Part shown: positions 13,208 to 25,381 of the stretch, one piece after another
Layout of the letters: each line of letters begins with the position of its first letter
Position numbering within the stretch: the first letter of the stretch is position 1
NCBI RefSeq assembly: GCF_001194135.2
Contig: NC_069004.1
Span: 6,713,243-6,754,679, forward strand
Length of the DNA: 41,437 nucleotides
Reading direction: 5' to 3'
DNA from: Octopus bimaculoides
Taxonomy: Eukaryota
Translations under genes and position numbers: made by a program
Notes under the pieces: model-generated
Seen by the model: the letters and a program-made list of their open reading frames with translations, nothing else
Databases searched by the model: none
Told to the model about the DNA's origin: nothing

Positions 13208-14043
13208 AAAACACGGATGGAATATTTTAAATGACAGGTCTGATCATTCGCAGCTGGCCGTTGCTCTACAAAGAAATCAACAACACAAACAACCACAACA
13301 ACAACCATAGCAACCACGACCACAATATCATCAACGACAACAACAACAACAACAACAGACCGCCATTGACGTATTCAATAGCTGACAAGTAACGCGAAGA
13401 AAATTTTTTTTCAAGTAACTTAAAACCAACAGCAGACCAGTATTTTTATGAACGCCAGACGTTCTACTTTCACTTTCCACTCCTCTCAGTATATATATAT
13501 ATATATNNNNNNNNNNATATCTCTCTATCTCGGTCGCCATCTCTGTTTTTCCAGCCTTTCAGTCGATCTGGCTGGCTGGCTGCCTTGCTGATTGATCTGG
13601 CTGGCTGGCTATTAGATATTCTATCGGATCGACCGAGTGGTTATCCCAATACTAAATATAGGCTAATGTATAAAACTTTCGTATTAGACGATCATTTCAA
13701 ATACTAATTAAAACTGTTTCATGTTAGTCGTTAATTAGCATTTTCGTTTAAACGAATTGAAGCGTAAAGATATCAGCGTTAGCAATATGAATACAGCACA
13801 CTTCAATAAACGTGATATCGTATTTTCAATTAAGAAATATTTATGTTGGATATTAGCTCGTATGATTATAGCTTTTACTTGGCGTTTTAATGAGTGATTT
13901 CAACATCATTCCGATGTTATCTCATGGGGGATTGATGGACTCGTGACATGTCTCAGTATATATGAAGTCATCGTCTGTAAATTCTTGCTACACAGTGGAT
14001 TATTGTATCGAGTTCGCTCTACGTTACAATTCATTCATTTTGC

Positions 14044-14150
14044 TTTTTTACTCTTTTACTTGTTTCAGTCATTTGATTGCAGCCATGATGGAGCACTGTC
14101 TTCAGTCGAACAAACCGATCCCAGGATTTATCCTTTGTAAGCCTAATACT
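14044..14150 (-). mobile_element. 3' tail of SINE family A joined to the V-domain SINE body
   Basis: ttacttgtttcagtcatttgattgcagccatgatggagcac...ccaggatttatcctttgtaagcctaatact matches the family A tail at 5343-5400, 9740-9860 and the reverse complement of 24320-24410. Confidence 0.8.
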
Positions 14151-14437
14151 CATGGGTCCGGTTTCCCGGTTTCTATGGCGTATGTGTCCTCTCCCCACCC
14201 CATCTGGACGAGACACCAGTCCAGCGCAGCTTTACTCAAAAAAACAGGAAGACAGAGTGAGAGAAAGTTGGGGCGAAAGAGTACAACAGGGGTCGTCACC
14301 ACTCCCTGCAAGAGCCTCATGGAGCTTTTTAGGCGTTTTCGCTCAATAAACACACACAACGCCTAGTCTGGGAATCGAAACCGCGATCCTCCGACCGCGA
14401 GTCCGCTGCGCTAACCACTGGGCCATTGCGCCTCCAC
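14149..14437 (-). mobile_element. tRNA-derived V-domain SINE (family C) with intact head
   Basis: Minus-strand head gtggaggcgcaatggcccagtggttagcgcagcggactcgcggtcggaggatcgcggtttcgattccc has an A box and a B box and looks tRNA-Arg-like. The central gctgcgctggactggtgtctcgtccag resembles the V-SINE domain (gcgatggactggcg.cc.gtccag, from memory). Second copy at 36955-37200. Confidence 0.88.
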
Positions 14438-14494
14438 TAAACGGACGGGATAGTCATAGTGAAAATTATCTTAGGTTTGCTGAATCTGGTTTTA

Positions 14495-14545
14495 CCTTTT
14501 AACGTTGTTTCTTTAATTGGACTACGGCTATGCTGGAGCATCGCC
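14495..14545 (-). mobile_element. Short 3' terminal fragment of SINE family A
   Basis: tttctttaattggactacggctatgctggagcatcgcc resembles the family A 3' end. Confidence 0.6.
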
Positions 14546-15128
14546 GTATAAAATTACAATAAACATCCTTATCGAAGAATTTGAAACCCGGTTTATTGCA
14601 TGACAAGAGTTTATTTCGTGACAAGTGGGGATTCTTACCATTTTACTACCAAGGAAAAGGATAAGATTTCATCAGACTGTGCAGATCATTAAAATTGTGC
14701 ATTCGAACTTCTCTGCGAATCGACAAAAGTGTTTTGATTAAAACTTGAGGGACGGTAACAATCTGGAGGCCTGTTGGATGCAAATCAACAAAGTGGTCCT
14801 CTGAGAAGCAGCCTGAGCAATGCTGAAAACAAGATAGCTTCTAATTCGCTCGAAAATTACGTCTACATCAGATAAGATGTGGTGCCTTATATAAACTCAG
14901 TGATGTCTCACTGAAGCCAGTGAATAATAACAGAATATATGTATGTTGTGTTATGTATGTATGTGTGTATGCATGTATGTAGGTATGTATGTATGTATGT
15001 ATATATGCATGCATATATGTATATATATACGTATGTATATATGTGTATACTTATTTATCTATGTATGTATGCATTAATATCAATGGTCACATGATAGAAT
15101 CAGTTTTTAAATATGCATAACGTTCACT

Positions 15129-15227
<99 letters not shown>

Positions 15228-15933
15228 CGTATATGTATACATACATACACATACATGCATACATATAAACAAACTTGTTACTAGTTCAAATATACATGAT
15301 TAGTATTCGAAACCGTAAGGCGTCGTTCACTATATTTTGCCATGGAGCATATTTCTTGCCATAGACAGATAGGTGTAAACACCGAATCACTTGGCTGTAC
15401 TCCATGACCAGGCTGGTGGAGGCTTGCAATACAGAATAAGTCAGAGACTGCGAACTGTTTATTTGGCAAAAAAAAAAAAGAAAGCAATGAACATCCCGAA
15501 GTATAAATATATCTGTTTCAACCCACGGTTTCACATCCGGAATCCTGCAACTGAAATTTATATATATACATACATATATCGCTGTACGTGTGAATGTGTA
15601 TGTGTGCGCGTATGTGTCCGTGTGGAAAATTTCATGAGCATATAATAATGATGCAGAAACTACTTCATGAACAAAATTACAACATAAAGGAACATGCTGT
15701 AAAGAGCCAGAGAACGATAGTTGGACGTTTCAGATAAAGTTTATTTGTCAAAAACGTTTTACAATAATTGTGTAAATGTATTTTGCAAACAATTTACTTT
15801 AGATATCTCGAGGCAGAAAAACTTTTTAATAATGTAAACGAATTATATAAGTTTGAATAAAAATCGATTACAACTTGCGAGACAATATGCAGCCATGAGA
15901 AACTTTACATAAACATATACGTACATGTATATG

Positions 15934-15964
<31 letters not shown>

Positions 15965-16678
15965 NNNNNNNNNNNNNNNNNNNNNNNNNNNNNNNNNNNN
16001 NNNNNNNNNNNNNNNNNNNNNNNNNNNNNNNNNNNNNNNNNNNNNNNNNNNNNNNNNNNNNNNNNNNNNNNNNNNNNNNNNNNNNNNNNNNNNNNNNNNN
16101 NNNNNNNNNNNNNNNNNNNNNNNNNNNNNNNNNNNNNNNNNNNNNNNNNNNNNNNNNNNNNNNNNNNNNNNNNNNNNNNNNNNNNNNNNNNNNNNNNNNN
16201 NNNNNNNNNNNNNNNNNNNNNNNNNNNNNNNNNNNNNNNNNNNNNNNNNNNNNNNNNNNNNNNNNNNNNNNNNNNNNNNNNNNNNNNNNNNNNNNNNNNN
16301 NNNNNNNNNNNNNNNNNNNNNNNNNNNNNNNNNNNNNNNNNNNNNNNNNNNNNNNNNNNNNNNNNNNNNNNNNNNNNNNNNNNNNNNNNNNNNNNNNNNN
16401 NNNNNNNNNNNNNNNNNNNNNNNNNNNNNNNNNNNNNNNNNNNNNNNNNNNNNNNNNNNNNNNNNNNNNNNNNNNNNNNNNNNNNNNNNNNNNNNNNNNN
16501 NNNNNNNNNNNNNNNNNNNNNNNNNNNNNNNNNNNNNNNNNNNNNNNNNNNNNNNNNNNNNNNNNNNNNNNNNNNNNNNNNNNNNNNNNNNNNNNNNNNN
16601 NNNNNNNNNNNNNNNNNNNNNNNNNNNNNNNNNNNNNNNNNNNNNNNNNNNNNNNGTATATATATATATATGTATATG

Positions 16679-16714
<36 letters not shown>

Positions 16715-17182
16715 TACGACCAAACACACACATGTATACACACAAGCACACACATATAGAAATATATGTATGGATATGTATGTATATGTATATATATATA
16801 TATATATACTTGTGTGTGTGAGTGCATGCGTATACATCTGTGAAGTGTATACGTATGTGTTTACATACGGATGCGTGCATTCTATCTTGAAGTTTCAAAA
16901 CTCGACGTAATATAATTTGTTCACTGATAAGAAAAATACAAAAAAAAAAAAAAAGAAAAAAAGAAAAAGAAAATAAAAAAATTATTGATGCCCTGATATA
17001 AATTATAAATGTCTGTTATAAAATAACACAACTGCTAGGCACGCGCGCGCGCACTCCAGCAACAACAACAACAACAACAACAGCAGCAACTGCGACGACG
17101 TCGACGACACACGGACTGCAATATCTTAGACAGCCTCTACAATAACCACAACAACAAGCGCAATAGCCAGTAGAGTCAAGAC

Positions 17183-17337
17183 ATGAACTGTAACAACCAC
17201 ACCACCACCACCACCACCACCACTATCACCACCACCGCCACCACAACTAACACCACCACCAACACCACTACTACCACAATTCATAGAACTACGGCTATAC
17301 TTACTCCTACTACTACCACCACTACAACCATCAGCAA

Positions 17338-17385
<48 letters not shown>

Positions 17386-17386
17386 C

Positions 17387-17417
<31 letters not shown>

Positions 17418-17421
17418 ATTT

Positions 17422-17455
<34 letters not shown>

Positions 17456-17482
17456 TGTTCTTGTTGTTGTTGATGCTGATGC
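17183..17482. repeat. Compound trinucleotide array (CAC)n-(TAC)n-(GTA)n-(GTT)n with a strand switch at 17386-17387
   Basis: Direct reading. Confidence 0.95.
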
Positions 17483-18580
17483 AAGGATAATGATAAAATT
17501 TGTCTATATAATAATAATAAAAGTTGTCTAATAATAATAATAATAATAATAANNNNNNNNNNNNNNNNNNNNNNNNNNNNNNNNNNNNNNNNNNNNNNNN
17601 NNNNNNNNNNNNNNNNNNNNNNNNNNNNNNNNNNNNNNNNNNNNNNNNNNNNNNNNNNNNNNNNNNNNNNNNNNNNNNNNNNNNNNNNNNNNNNNNNNNN
17701 NNNNNNNNNNNNNNNNNNNNNNNNNNNNNNNNNNNNNNNNNNNNNNNNNNNNNNNNNNNNNNNNNNNNNNNNNNNNNNNNNNNNNNNNNNNNNNNNNNNN
17801 NNNNNNNNNNNNNNNNNNNNNNNNNNNNNNNNNNNNNNNNNNNNNNNNNNNNNNNNNNNNNNNNNNNNNNNNNNNNNNNNNNNNNNNNNNNNNNNNNNNN
17901 NNNNNNNNNNNNNNNNNNNNNNNNNNNNNNNNNNNNNNNNNNNNNNNNNNNNNNNNNNNNNNNNNNNNNNNNNNNNNNNNNNNNNNNNNNNNNNNNNNNN
18001 NNNNNNNNNNNNNNNNNNNNNNNNNNNNNNNNNNNNNNNNNNNNNNNNNNNNNNNNNNNNNNNNNNNNNNNNNNNNNNNNNNNNNNNNNNNNNNNNNNNN
18101 NNNNNNNNNNNNNNNNNNNNNNNNNNNNNNNNNNNNNNNNNNNNNNNNNNNNNNNNNNNNNNNNNNNNNNNNNNNNNNNNNNNNNNNNNNNNNNNNNNNN
18201 NNNNNNNNNNNNNNNNNNNNNNNNNNNNNNNNNNNNNNNNNNNNNNNNNNNNNNNNNNNNNNNNNNNNNNNNNNNNNNNNNNNNNNNNNNNNNNNNNNNN
18301 NNNNNNNNNNNNNNNNNNNNNNNNNNNNNNNNNNNNNNNNNNNNNNNNNNNNNNNNNAGTTACATAGGAGGAGGAGGAGAAGAAGTAAGAAAGAAAGAAA
18401 GGGAAGGGGGAAAGAAAGAAAGGAAAAGTGAAAAGTCTAATAATAATGATAATAATAATAATAATAACAAAATTTATAATATGTCTAGGTAATGAGATAT
18501 ATTTATTTCAAATACCAATTTACTTAATTGACAAAAAGTGTAACCAGCAGCAACAACAACAAGAACAATGACAACACCTA

Positions 18581-18599
18581 TAATAATAATAACAATCAC

Positions 18600-18665
<66 letters not shown>

Positions 18666-18683
18666 AATAATAATGATAATAAT
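18581..18683. repeat. (AAT)n microsatellite
   Basis: Direct reading. Confidence 0.97.
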
Positions 18684-19134
18684 ACTAACCAGCTGCAACA
18701 AACAACATTTGCAACGATACAAAGCAATGAGATTACTAAAATAGTTATAGCCTAGAAAATAACAAGAAAATGTTAGGAAAACAACCACTGAAATGGTAGA
18801 AGCAATCAGGAGTAAACGAAACCAACGTGCATGCAGGCACTCACAGACATATACATGTGTGTGTGTCTGTGTGTGTGTGTCTGTGTGTATGTGAGTGCAC
18901 GCCACACACACACACACACATACTTATATATATATATAACTGTGTACGCATATCTTCGTCTATGCATATATATATATATGTCTGTGTGTGTGTGTGTGTG
19001 TGTGGATTTATATGTATTAATCTACATATACACACATACACACGTGTATATATTGCTTATGTACATATTCATATATACATTATATATATATATATATAAA
19101 TACATATACATACTTACATACATACATATACATG

Positions 19135-19303
19135 TATACGACGGGCTTCTTTCAGTTTCCGTCTACAAAATTCACTCAGAAGGCTTTGGTCGGCACGAGG
19201 CTATAGTAGAAAACACTTGCCCAAGGTGCCACGCAGTGGGAACAGAACCCAGAACCATGTGGTTGCTAAGAAAGCTACTTACCACACAGCCACTCCTGCG
19301 CCT
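19135..19303 (-). mobile_element. SINE family A, 5' half (head plus CORE-like body)
   Basis: The minus strand reads aggcgcaggagtggctgtgtggtaagtagctttc...ccacatggttctgggttctgttcccactgcgtggcaccttgggcaagtgttttctactatagcctcgtgccgaccaaagcc...gacggaaactgaaagaagcccgtcgtat. Confidence 0.92.
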
Positions 19304-20459
19304 GTATATATATATATATATACAGTACCATTGATATTAGTAGCAGCGGTTGAAGTAGTAGTACTAACAGTAACATCACCATCAACATCATCATCCTCAC
19401 CATCAACATCACTGTCATTAGCTTTATTGTTATTTATATTTACATGTAAATTNNNNNNNNNNNNNNNNNNNNNNNNNNNNNNNNNNNNNNNNNNNNNNNN
19501 NNNNNNNNNNNNNNNNNNNNNNNNNNNNNNNNNNNNNNNNNNNNNNNNNNNNNNNNNNNNNNNNNNNNNNNNNNNNNNNNNNNNNNNNNNNNNNNNNNNN
19601 NNNNNNNNNNNNNNNNNNNNNNNNNNNNNNNNNNNNNNNNNNNNNNNNNNNNNNNNNNNNNNNNNNNNNNNNNNNNNNNNNNNNNNNNNNNNNNNNNNNN
19701 NNNNNNNNNNNNNNNNNNNNNNNNNNNNNNNNNNNNNNNNNNNNNNNNNNNNNNNNNNNNNNNNNNNNNNNNNNNNNNNNNNNNNNNNNNNNNNNNNNNN
19801 NNNNNNNNNNNNNNNNNNNNNNNNNNNNNNNNNNNNNNNNNNNNNNNNNNNNNNNNNNNNNNNNNNNNNNNNNNNNNNNNNNNNNNNNNNNNNNNNNNNN
19901 NNNNNNNNNNNNNNNNNNNNNNNNNNNNNNNNNNNNNNNNNNNNNNNNNNNNNNNNNNNNNNNNNNNNNNNNNNNNNNNNNNNNNNNNNNNNNNNNNNNN
20001 NNNNNNNNNNNNNNNNNNNNNNNNNNNNNNNNNNNNNNNNNNNNNNNNNNNNNNNNNNNNNNNNNNNNNNNNNNNNNNNNNNNNNNNNNNNNNNNNNNNN
20101 NNNNNNNNNNNNNNNNNNNNNNNNNNNNNNNNNNNNNNNNNNNNNNNNNNNNNNNNNNNNNNNNNNNNNNNNNNNNNNNNNNNNNNNNNNNNNNNNNNNN
20201 NNNNNNNNNNNNNNNNNNNNNNNNNNNNNNNNNNNNNNNNNNNNNNNNNNNNNNNNNNNNNNNNNNNNNNNNNNNNNNNNNNNNNNNNNNNGCATATGCA
20301 TAGACATATATCGATATATATATATGTATGTATGCTTGCATGTATGTACAATCATAAAGAAGAATGGAGAATTATACGTCTTCAAAACTTGTTATGGTAT
20401 TATTCTCGTTAAATTAATATTAAATTCCAATCCGACACGTGTTTCCGCTGGATAAGTGT

Positions 20460-21050
20460 CCTAATGACTTTTGGAGTTGCATTTATGCGCTTTTAGTTGA
20501 TTCACTTGCAGTACATACTCATCCGAGCTAGTCATTCCAATGCCGCTCCGTTCAAAATTTTCCCCATGTATACAGGTAAAGCGAACCTTGAGCATTGCTT
20601 CATAGGAATGTCTATCTTGGATGAATATATTCTGGAACTGAATCAACTAACGGACTGTAGGACACTCATGCTGCAGAAACCCGTGTATATACTTATACAC
20701 ACACGATTATGTATATAGCAACACAGATAACTTGTTGTTCCTCATTTTACCATCAGCATATGGATCAATAACCAAGCTTGACATGATTTGAATATTGTTA
20801 CTCCAACGATACTGAAGCATTTGTGTATCTTGTATCACAATGAATTGCAACCTTTGCGATGTAATTTATTTTCCCACACGAAATTCACCATTGATTGTTA
20901 TATGTACAAGACAGAAATTGCTGCCCCTTTTGAAACTAGTAACGTAGTTGGACAGATGCTCTGTAAAAGAGCATTCGATCTATTAATTGAACCAAAAAAT
21001 TGAAATGGAGCCATATTCCCAATAAATTCTGATGGAATCATTTCAACTAA
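20460..21050 (-). mobile_element. Probable highly decayed L2/Crack/CR1-like LINE ORF2 C-terminus
   Basis: Minus-strand pieces in shifting frames: LLGIWL; VLYI*QSMVNFVWENK; IFKSCQAWLLIH; VYKYIHG; FERSGI.(WN)..DEYVLQVNQLKAHKCNSKSH*. These follow the order LGIxLD...LY....YC..VWG...LF..L.WL...YK..HG...F..RG..WN.L......L..FK..LK..L. Many stops and frameshifts; matched by eye only. Confidence 0.45.
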
Positions 21051-21598
21051 GAACAACCCTCTCTTTTAGACGTTTCTGCGTAGAGACTCATCCGTTGCCT
21101 CAATGGAATTTACTCGTGAGTGCATAGTGAGGCGAATAAAATCTTTCATACAAGTATGGCCAATTTTAACACTGGGAGTCATGAGTTTACAACTTTTATA
21201 TAGGCTACTGTTGAGGATTAACGATGGCGTCACCAATACCCTGCTACTTTGATATACGTCGATCTATCCTCGCTCACAACAAAGCTTATTTAGATAGTGA
21301 CACCTTTCTTTGATTCAGCACACCGCTGTGTCTACTACGTGATAAGAAACATTTTAGGGTGCCAAAGTACACGCAAGAAAGTATACCAGCTTTCGAAGTC
21401 ACTCAAGCATCTTGACCGAGTAGTGATCCGTGTGTTTGAGTTACCGGTAAAGACTGTACAGGTAGAAATAAACGTGTTTATCAGTTCACAGCGCTATGTC
21501 TTAACTGTTCAGCCGTTAAGGATTCTAAGATAAATATAGAGAGAGAATCATCAGATCGAAAGTCTATTGATTTATTTCTCCAAAGCTCAGAGAATCAT

Positions 21599-21650
<52 letters not shown>

Positions 21651-22389
21651 GTATGTATGTATATACTTATACACACACAAATATGTATATGGCAACACAG
21701 ATAATTTAATATAAATGTATATACATATATATCAACAGATAAGTTAATGTATACACTCAAACACGCTCTCACACATATATACATGGAAAGAGAGATAGAG
21801 AGAGAGAGAGAGNNNNNNNNNNNNNNNNNNNNNNNNNNNNNNNNNNNNNNNNNNNNNNNNNATATATATATATATATATATAAGTGTTGTGTGTATGTGT
21901 ATGTGTGTGTGGACCTGTGTATAATGTGTACGCATGTATAAATATTCGCAGATGAAGGTTCAGTGAGCATTAATTGGATAACGTGGTTTCGTGCAACTGA
22001 AGGACATGGAGAAAAAAAGTAAAAGAAGAGAGCGAGGGAAGAAATTTGGAGTTGTACATCCGGTTATATAAATATATATATATATATATATGCATGCGCG
22101 CATGTAACAAGCACATGCATACATAAATGTACGTATATGTANNNNNNNNNNAACAAGCACATGCATACATAAATGTACGTATATGTATGCATGTATGAAT
22201 GTATATATATATATGTATATATACATGTTTATATATTATAGTATATGAATATATGCATATATATTTGATATATGTATGTGTGCATGCGTTTGCATGTATA
22301 TGCTTTTCCATGTAGCATATTGCAAGCAACCTGATAGATATCAGGACAAAGATAGTGTGACAAATACGTCGATTTGAACGGAGGTGAAA

Positions 22390-22913
22390 GTAAGAAAGAA
22401 TATGATAAAGAAAGAGGAGAGAGAAGAGGAGAAGTAGGCGGTGGAACAGGAGGAACAGAGGGAGGGGAAGAAATGGAGAGATACTGTGGAAGAAGTGAGC
22501 ATTGAAGTGTACATGTATGAATGCCTTGAAACCACACACTCACACATCGTTGGAAATGTATAGATACAGGTATAGAACGAGGAGGAGTGAGTGGTAGAGA
22601 AATAGAGAAAGGGAAAAGAACTGAAGTGACGAGAATATGGGTGAGAGCTTGCGAACGAAAGAGAAAGGGCTGTCACGCATAGATTCTTCCTTATTAACGG
22701 GGGTTAGGATGGAAGTGGTGCACGTTTGCTTCGTCACTGTGGGGGATAAATTTAATGACAGATTAAGGAAGGAGAGGAAAAATGAGAAATTTGCAAGAGA
22801 GAGTACGTGAGTGAGCGGGATAATTGAAAGGGGAGAGAGACAGAGATGTGAGTATTTGGAAGAGTATTTGTTGAAAAAATGGAAAAAGGGTGAGAGCGAT
22901 TGAGGCATTGAGG

Positions 22914-22953
<40 letters not shown>

Positions 22954-23110
22954 AATCGAGAAACTGGAAAGGGGGATAACTGAGATAGATTGAGCGGAAA
23001 CGGTAGATAGCAAAAGTTTGAGATGGAGGAAGGGGTTTGAAAGAGAGAAAACACCTGATGAAGTGTTTACATGCAGGGAGAGAGAGAGAAATAGTAGAAT
23101 TAGTGGTACA
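22390..23110. repeat. Purine-rich (GA/GGA/GAA) low-complexity tract including (GA)n at 22917-22948
   Basis: Direct reading. Confidence 0.85.
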
Positions 23111-24227
23111 ATGTATGTCTCCATGAATATGGTACATGTAAGTTTGAATGTATGTACGTATGCTTGTGTATATATGTATATATATACATGTGTGTGAGTC
23201 TCTGTGTGTGTGTGTGTGTGTGTGTGTAATCATGGATGTATGAATGTAAAGTGTTTCAAAATCCGAAGGGTTACCAATGCTTCTCATGGATTCATGGTCG
23301 TTATTTATTTGCAGTCAATGAATAGGAGGTTGTTACGAAATACCTATTAAACTAAAGAGACAGTGAAGCCCTTGGAGCGCCAAGATGCAACCGAAAATGT
23401 AGATTATGTAATATTTCTGTGGACGATAACACACATGTGATTAGCAGCTGCCCACAAATTTCAACAAGATAACACCCTTTATGCAAAACGACGCTGTTGT
23501 AAAAATAATATACGTCATTCGTAAAAAAACAAACAAACTATCCTTGAATAAATATAGAGAACCTTTTCTTATTGAATGCATACGCAATCATCAACACAAG
23601 GGAAACTGATGGAACGTTCCCATCAAAACATCTCTCAAGTGTAAGAATTACAGGCCAGATATTATTATTAGGGATGAAACACGATGTATGTACCGTCATA
23701 GAAGTCAGCTATCCTGCTAGCGTATATAACTTCTTTCGAAAATCAAAGAGTAAAATGATAACTATGGTTAAATGCTTCGAAACATCCAGATTCTGTAATC
23801 AGATTATAAATTCACATTTATGCCAATAATTAATGCACTACATTTTGTCCGTAAACGCTTAGTGACAATCTGGATAAGTTAGAATTTTCAGAAAAAGAAA
23901 TCAACCAACGAGAACTCACATTACGAATACTGTGTGTAAGTGGAACAATAAATATATGCAAGATTTTTCTCAAGTTTAGAATGTGGCATTGTTTTTGTTA
24001 TCTATATTCCAAAGAGGGAGATTTGTATCCTTGTTAGAAACCACTTCCTTCCTAAGATGAAGAATTTAAATAATTTAAAAAAATCCAATAGGGACATACA
24101 TACATACATACATACATACATGTTTATGTGAGCGTATGTGGTTGTTGAGACGTTGTAGTTGCCGAGTTCATATTTGTATACAGGGAGTTGATATATTCAT
24201 ATATGTGAGTGTATGTGTGTGTGTATT

Positions 24228-24410
24228 TGTCTCCCTCCACTGCATGACAACCGGTGTTGGTGTGTTTACGTCACCGTAACGCAGCCTTTCGGCAAAAGAG
24301 AGCAGTCGTGTAAGTAACAGCCTTAAGACAAAAGTATTGAGGTCGATTCATTCGACCAAGTTCTCTTTCCAGGCGGTGCTCCAGCATGACCACAGGCTGA
24401 TGACTGACAC
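24228..24410 (+). mobile_element. SINE family A, 3' half
   Basis: tgtctccctccactgcatgacaaccggtgttggtgtgtttacgtcaccgtaac...ttcggcaaaagag...gaggtcgattcattcgacc...ggcggtgctccagcatgacc is the reverse complement of the tails at 5343-5490 and 9732-9930. Confidence 0.85.
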
Positions 24411-24612
24411 AGATGAGTGATAAGAGTTGGTGTCAATCAACAAGAACGATATTAACCCAGGGGTCGCCTCGACCAGAGAGAAATAGGGTCCAAATCGCCA
24501 TCAGCTTAATCGCTGGTGCTTTATAGAAAACTTAAAGGTGACATTGTGTATTTGGAGTCGTTGATACAGATATAATTGAAGTGCCTGTTTGATTACTATC
24601 GATTTTGGGTTG

Positions 24613-24739
24613 AACAATAATAACAGCAACAACAACAACAACAACGAACGTAGCAGCAGCTGAAACAACAACACCATCATCATCATTAACAACAGCACCA
24701 TCATCATCAACAACAACAACAACAACAACAACAACAACG
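24613..24739. repeat. (AAC/AGC/ATC)n compound trinucleotide repeat
   Basis: Direct reading. Confidence 0.95.
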
Positions 24740-24910
24740 AGAAGCTGTAGTATTTCTTAAGTGGACAAGTCGGAAATCAGTCGACATTAAGTGCAGCGTC
24801 TATTGTAATGGCAGTCAAATGAATTGACTTCATCGCGTTTCGACGTTGCAACGATACAATGTCTGCGTACAGATACATACACAGGTATTCATATTCATTT
24901 ATATACACAG

Positions 24911-24944
<34 letters not shown>

Positions 24945-25029
24945 ACCAGCTCATGCACGCACAAACACACACAAGACACACTCACTCACACACACGCGTA
25001 CATTCTTTTCGTATTCTACGTTTTGGAAT

Positions 25030-25250
25030 TTTAATTGTTTCGTTCATTGGACTGCGGCCATGTTAGCACATCAACCTGAATTGTTCAGTTGAGCCAATTG
25101 GCGCCAGTACTTGGATTTTCTATTTTCTCTTTTTTTTTTGTCATGTGTCATTCATTCTATCGTTTTCTCTTTGCTGAAATGCTATGCTGCGTAGACTTAA
25201 TAATAACAAAACAACACCGGTTGTGAAGCAGGGGTGAGAGACAGGCACAC
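25030..25250 (-). mobile_element. SINE family A, diverged 3' half
   Basis: ttgtttcgttcattggactgcggccatg ... ttctatcgttttctctttgctgaa ... acaacaccggttgtgaagcagg..gagagacagg. Confidence 0.7.
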
Positions 25251-25338
25251 GCAAGAAACCACACACAGAGTAAACGTAAATTAACATAGATATTCATTAC
25301 TAAAATTCTCTTTTACAATTTCTCTATCTTTAAATATG

Positions 25339-25381
<43 letters not shown>

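Noticed and set aside
14366-14437. tRNA-like sequence (A and B boxes, Arg-like anticodon arm) as a real tRNA gene
   Set aside because: There is no proper acceptor-stem 3' half and it continues into a SINE body shared with 36955-37200, so it is a SINE head.
22106-22187. 36-bp direct repeat flanking a 10-N gap
   Set aside because: An identical sequence on both sides of a minimal gap is a typical unmerged contig-overlap artefact.
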